A stretch of 64,000 nt of DNA from Paraphysomonas bandaiensis (lineage: Eukaryota > Protista > Chrysophyceae), in the NCBI GenBank assembly GCA_965644295.1, contig CBFFRP010000066.1:434001-498000 (forward strand), given 5' to 3'. A model generated the notes under the pieces. That model worked only from the letters and a program-made list of their open reading frames with translations. It was not told the origin of the DNA and searched no databases. Positions 63,875 through 64,000 of this stretch are shown here, one piece after another. Each line of letters begins with the position of its first letter. The first letter of the stretch is position 1. The position numbers and the translations under genes are program-made.

Positions 63875-64000
63875 AGGGAGAGGGGGTGGCGGGGTTGATA
63901 GGGTGTTTATTATGGATATGTGTGGTGTCTCTCTCTATATACACGCTCTCTCTATACATACATAGACATGCACATATTCATCCATCTGCTGCTGTGTATA

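Overview
Eukaryotic nuclear DNA from a gene-dense protist. Short 45-100 nt GT-AG introns, a P/S/T mucin-LRR protein, Tudor-like repeats and CPW-type ankyrin repeats suggest a stramenopile, perhaps chrysophyte-like (inference). Twelve apparently intact genes are supported: TMEM53/DUF829, a ~3,500-aa lectin-like/mucin/LRR type-I membrane protein, an MBD9/BAZ-like chromatin protein, a DadA-like FAD oxidoreductase, condensin NCAPD2, TMCO4/DUF726, a SPRY protein, a secreted bacterial-type propeller plus helical-barrel protein, Bax inhibitor-1, an IQCE-like coiled coil fused to 7 Tudor-like repeats, an ankyrin-repeat protein and a CorA-type transporter. Four pairs are head-to-head (one pair includes a pseudogene). 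The accessory block at 45.6-51.6 kb holds a (TATG)n microsatellite, a dead nuclease-kinase (Crinkler-like) gene whose coiled-coil heptad expanded into a 64-unit minisatellite, a copia-like remnant, two decayed divergent genes resembling Polinton-like-virus proteins, a 68-nt hairpin and a PAK-like kinase scrap. A dispersed Helitron-like repeat occurs three times, and one copy is split by a micro-inversion. Gene 5' ends carry ApT-rich tracts. All family calls come from motif recognition by eye; no database search was run.
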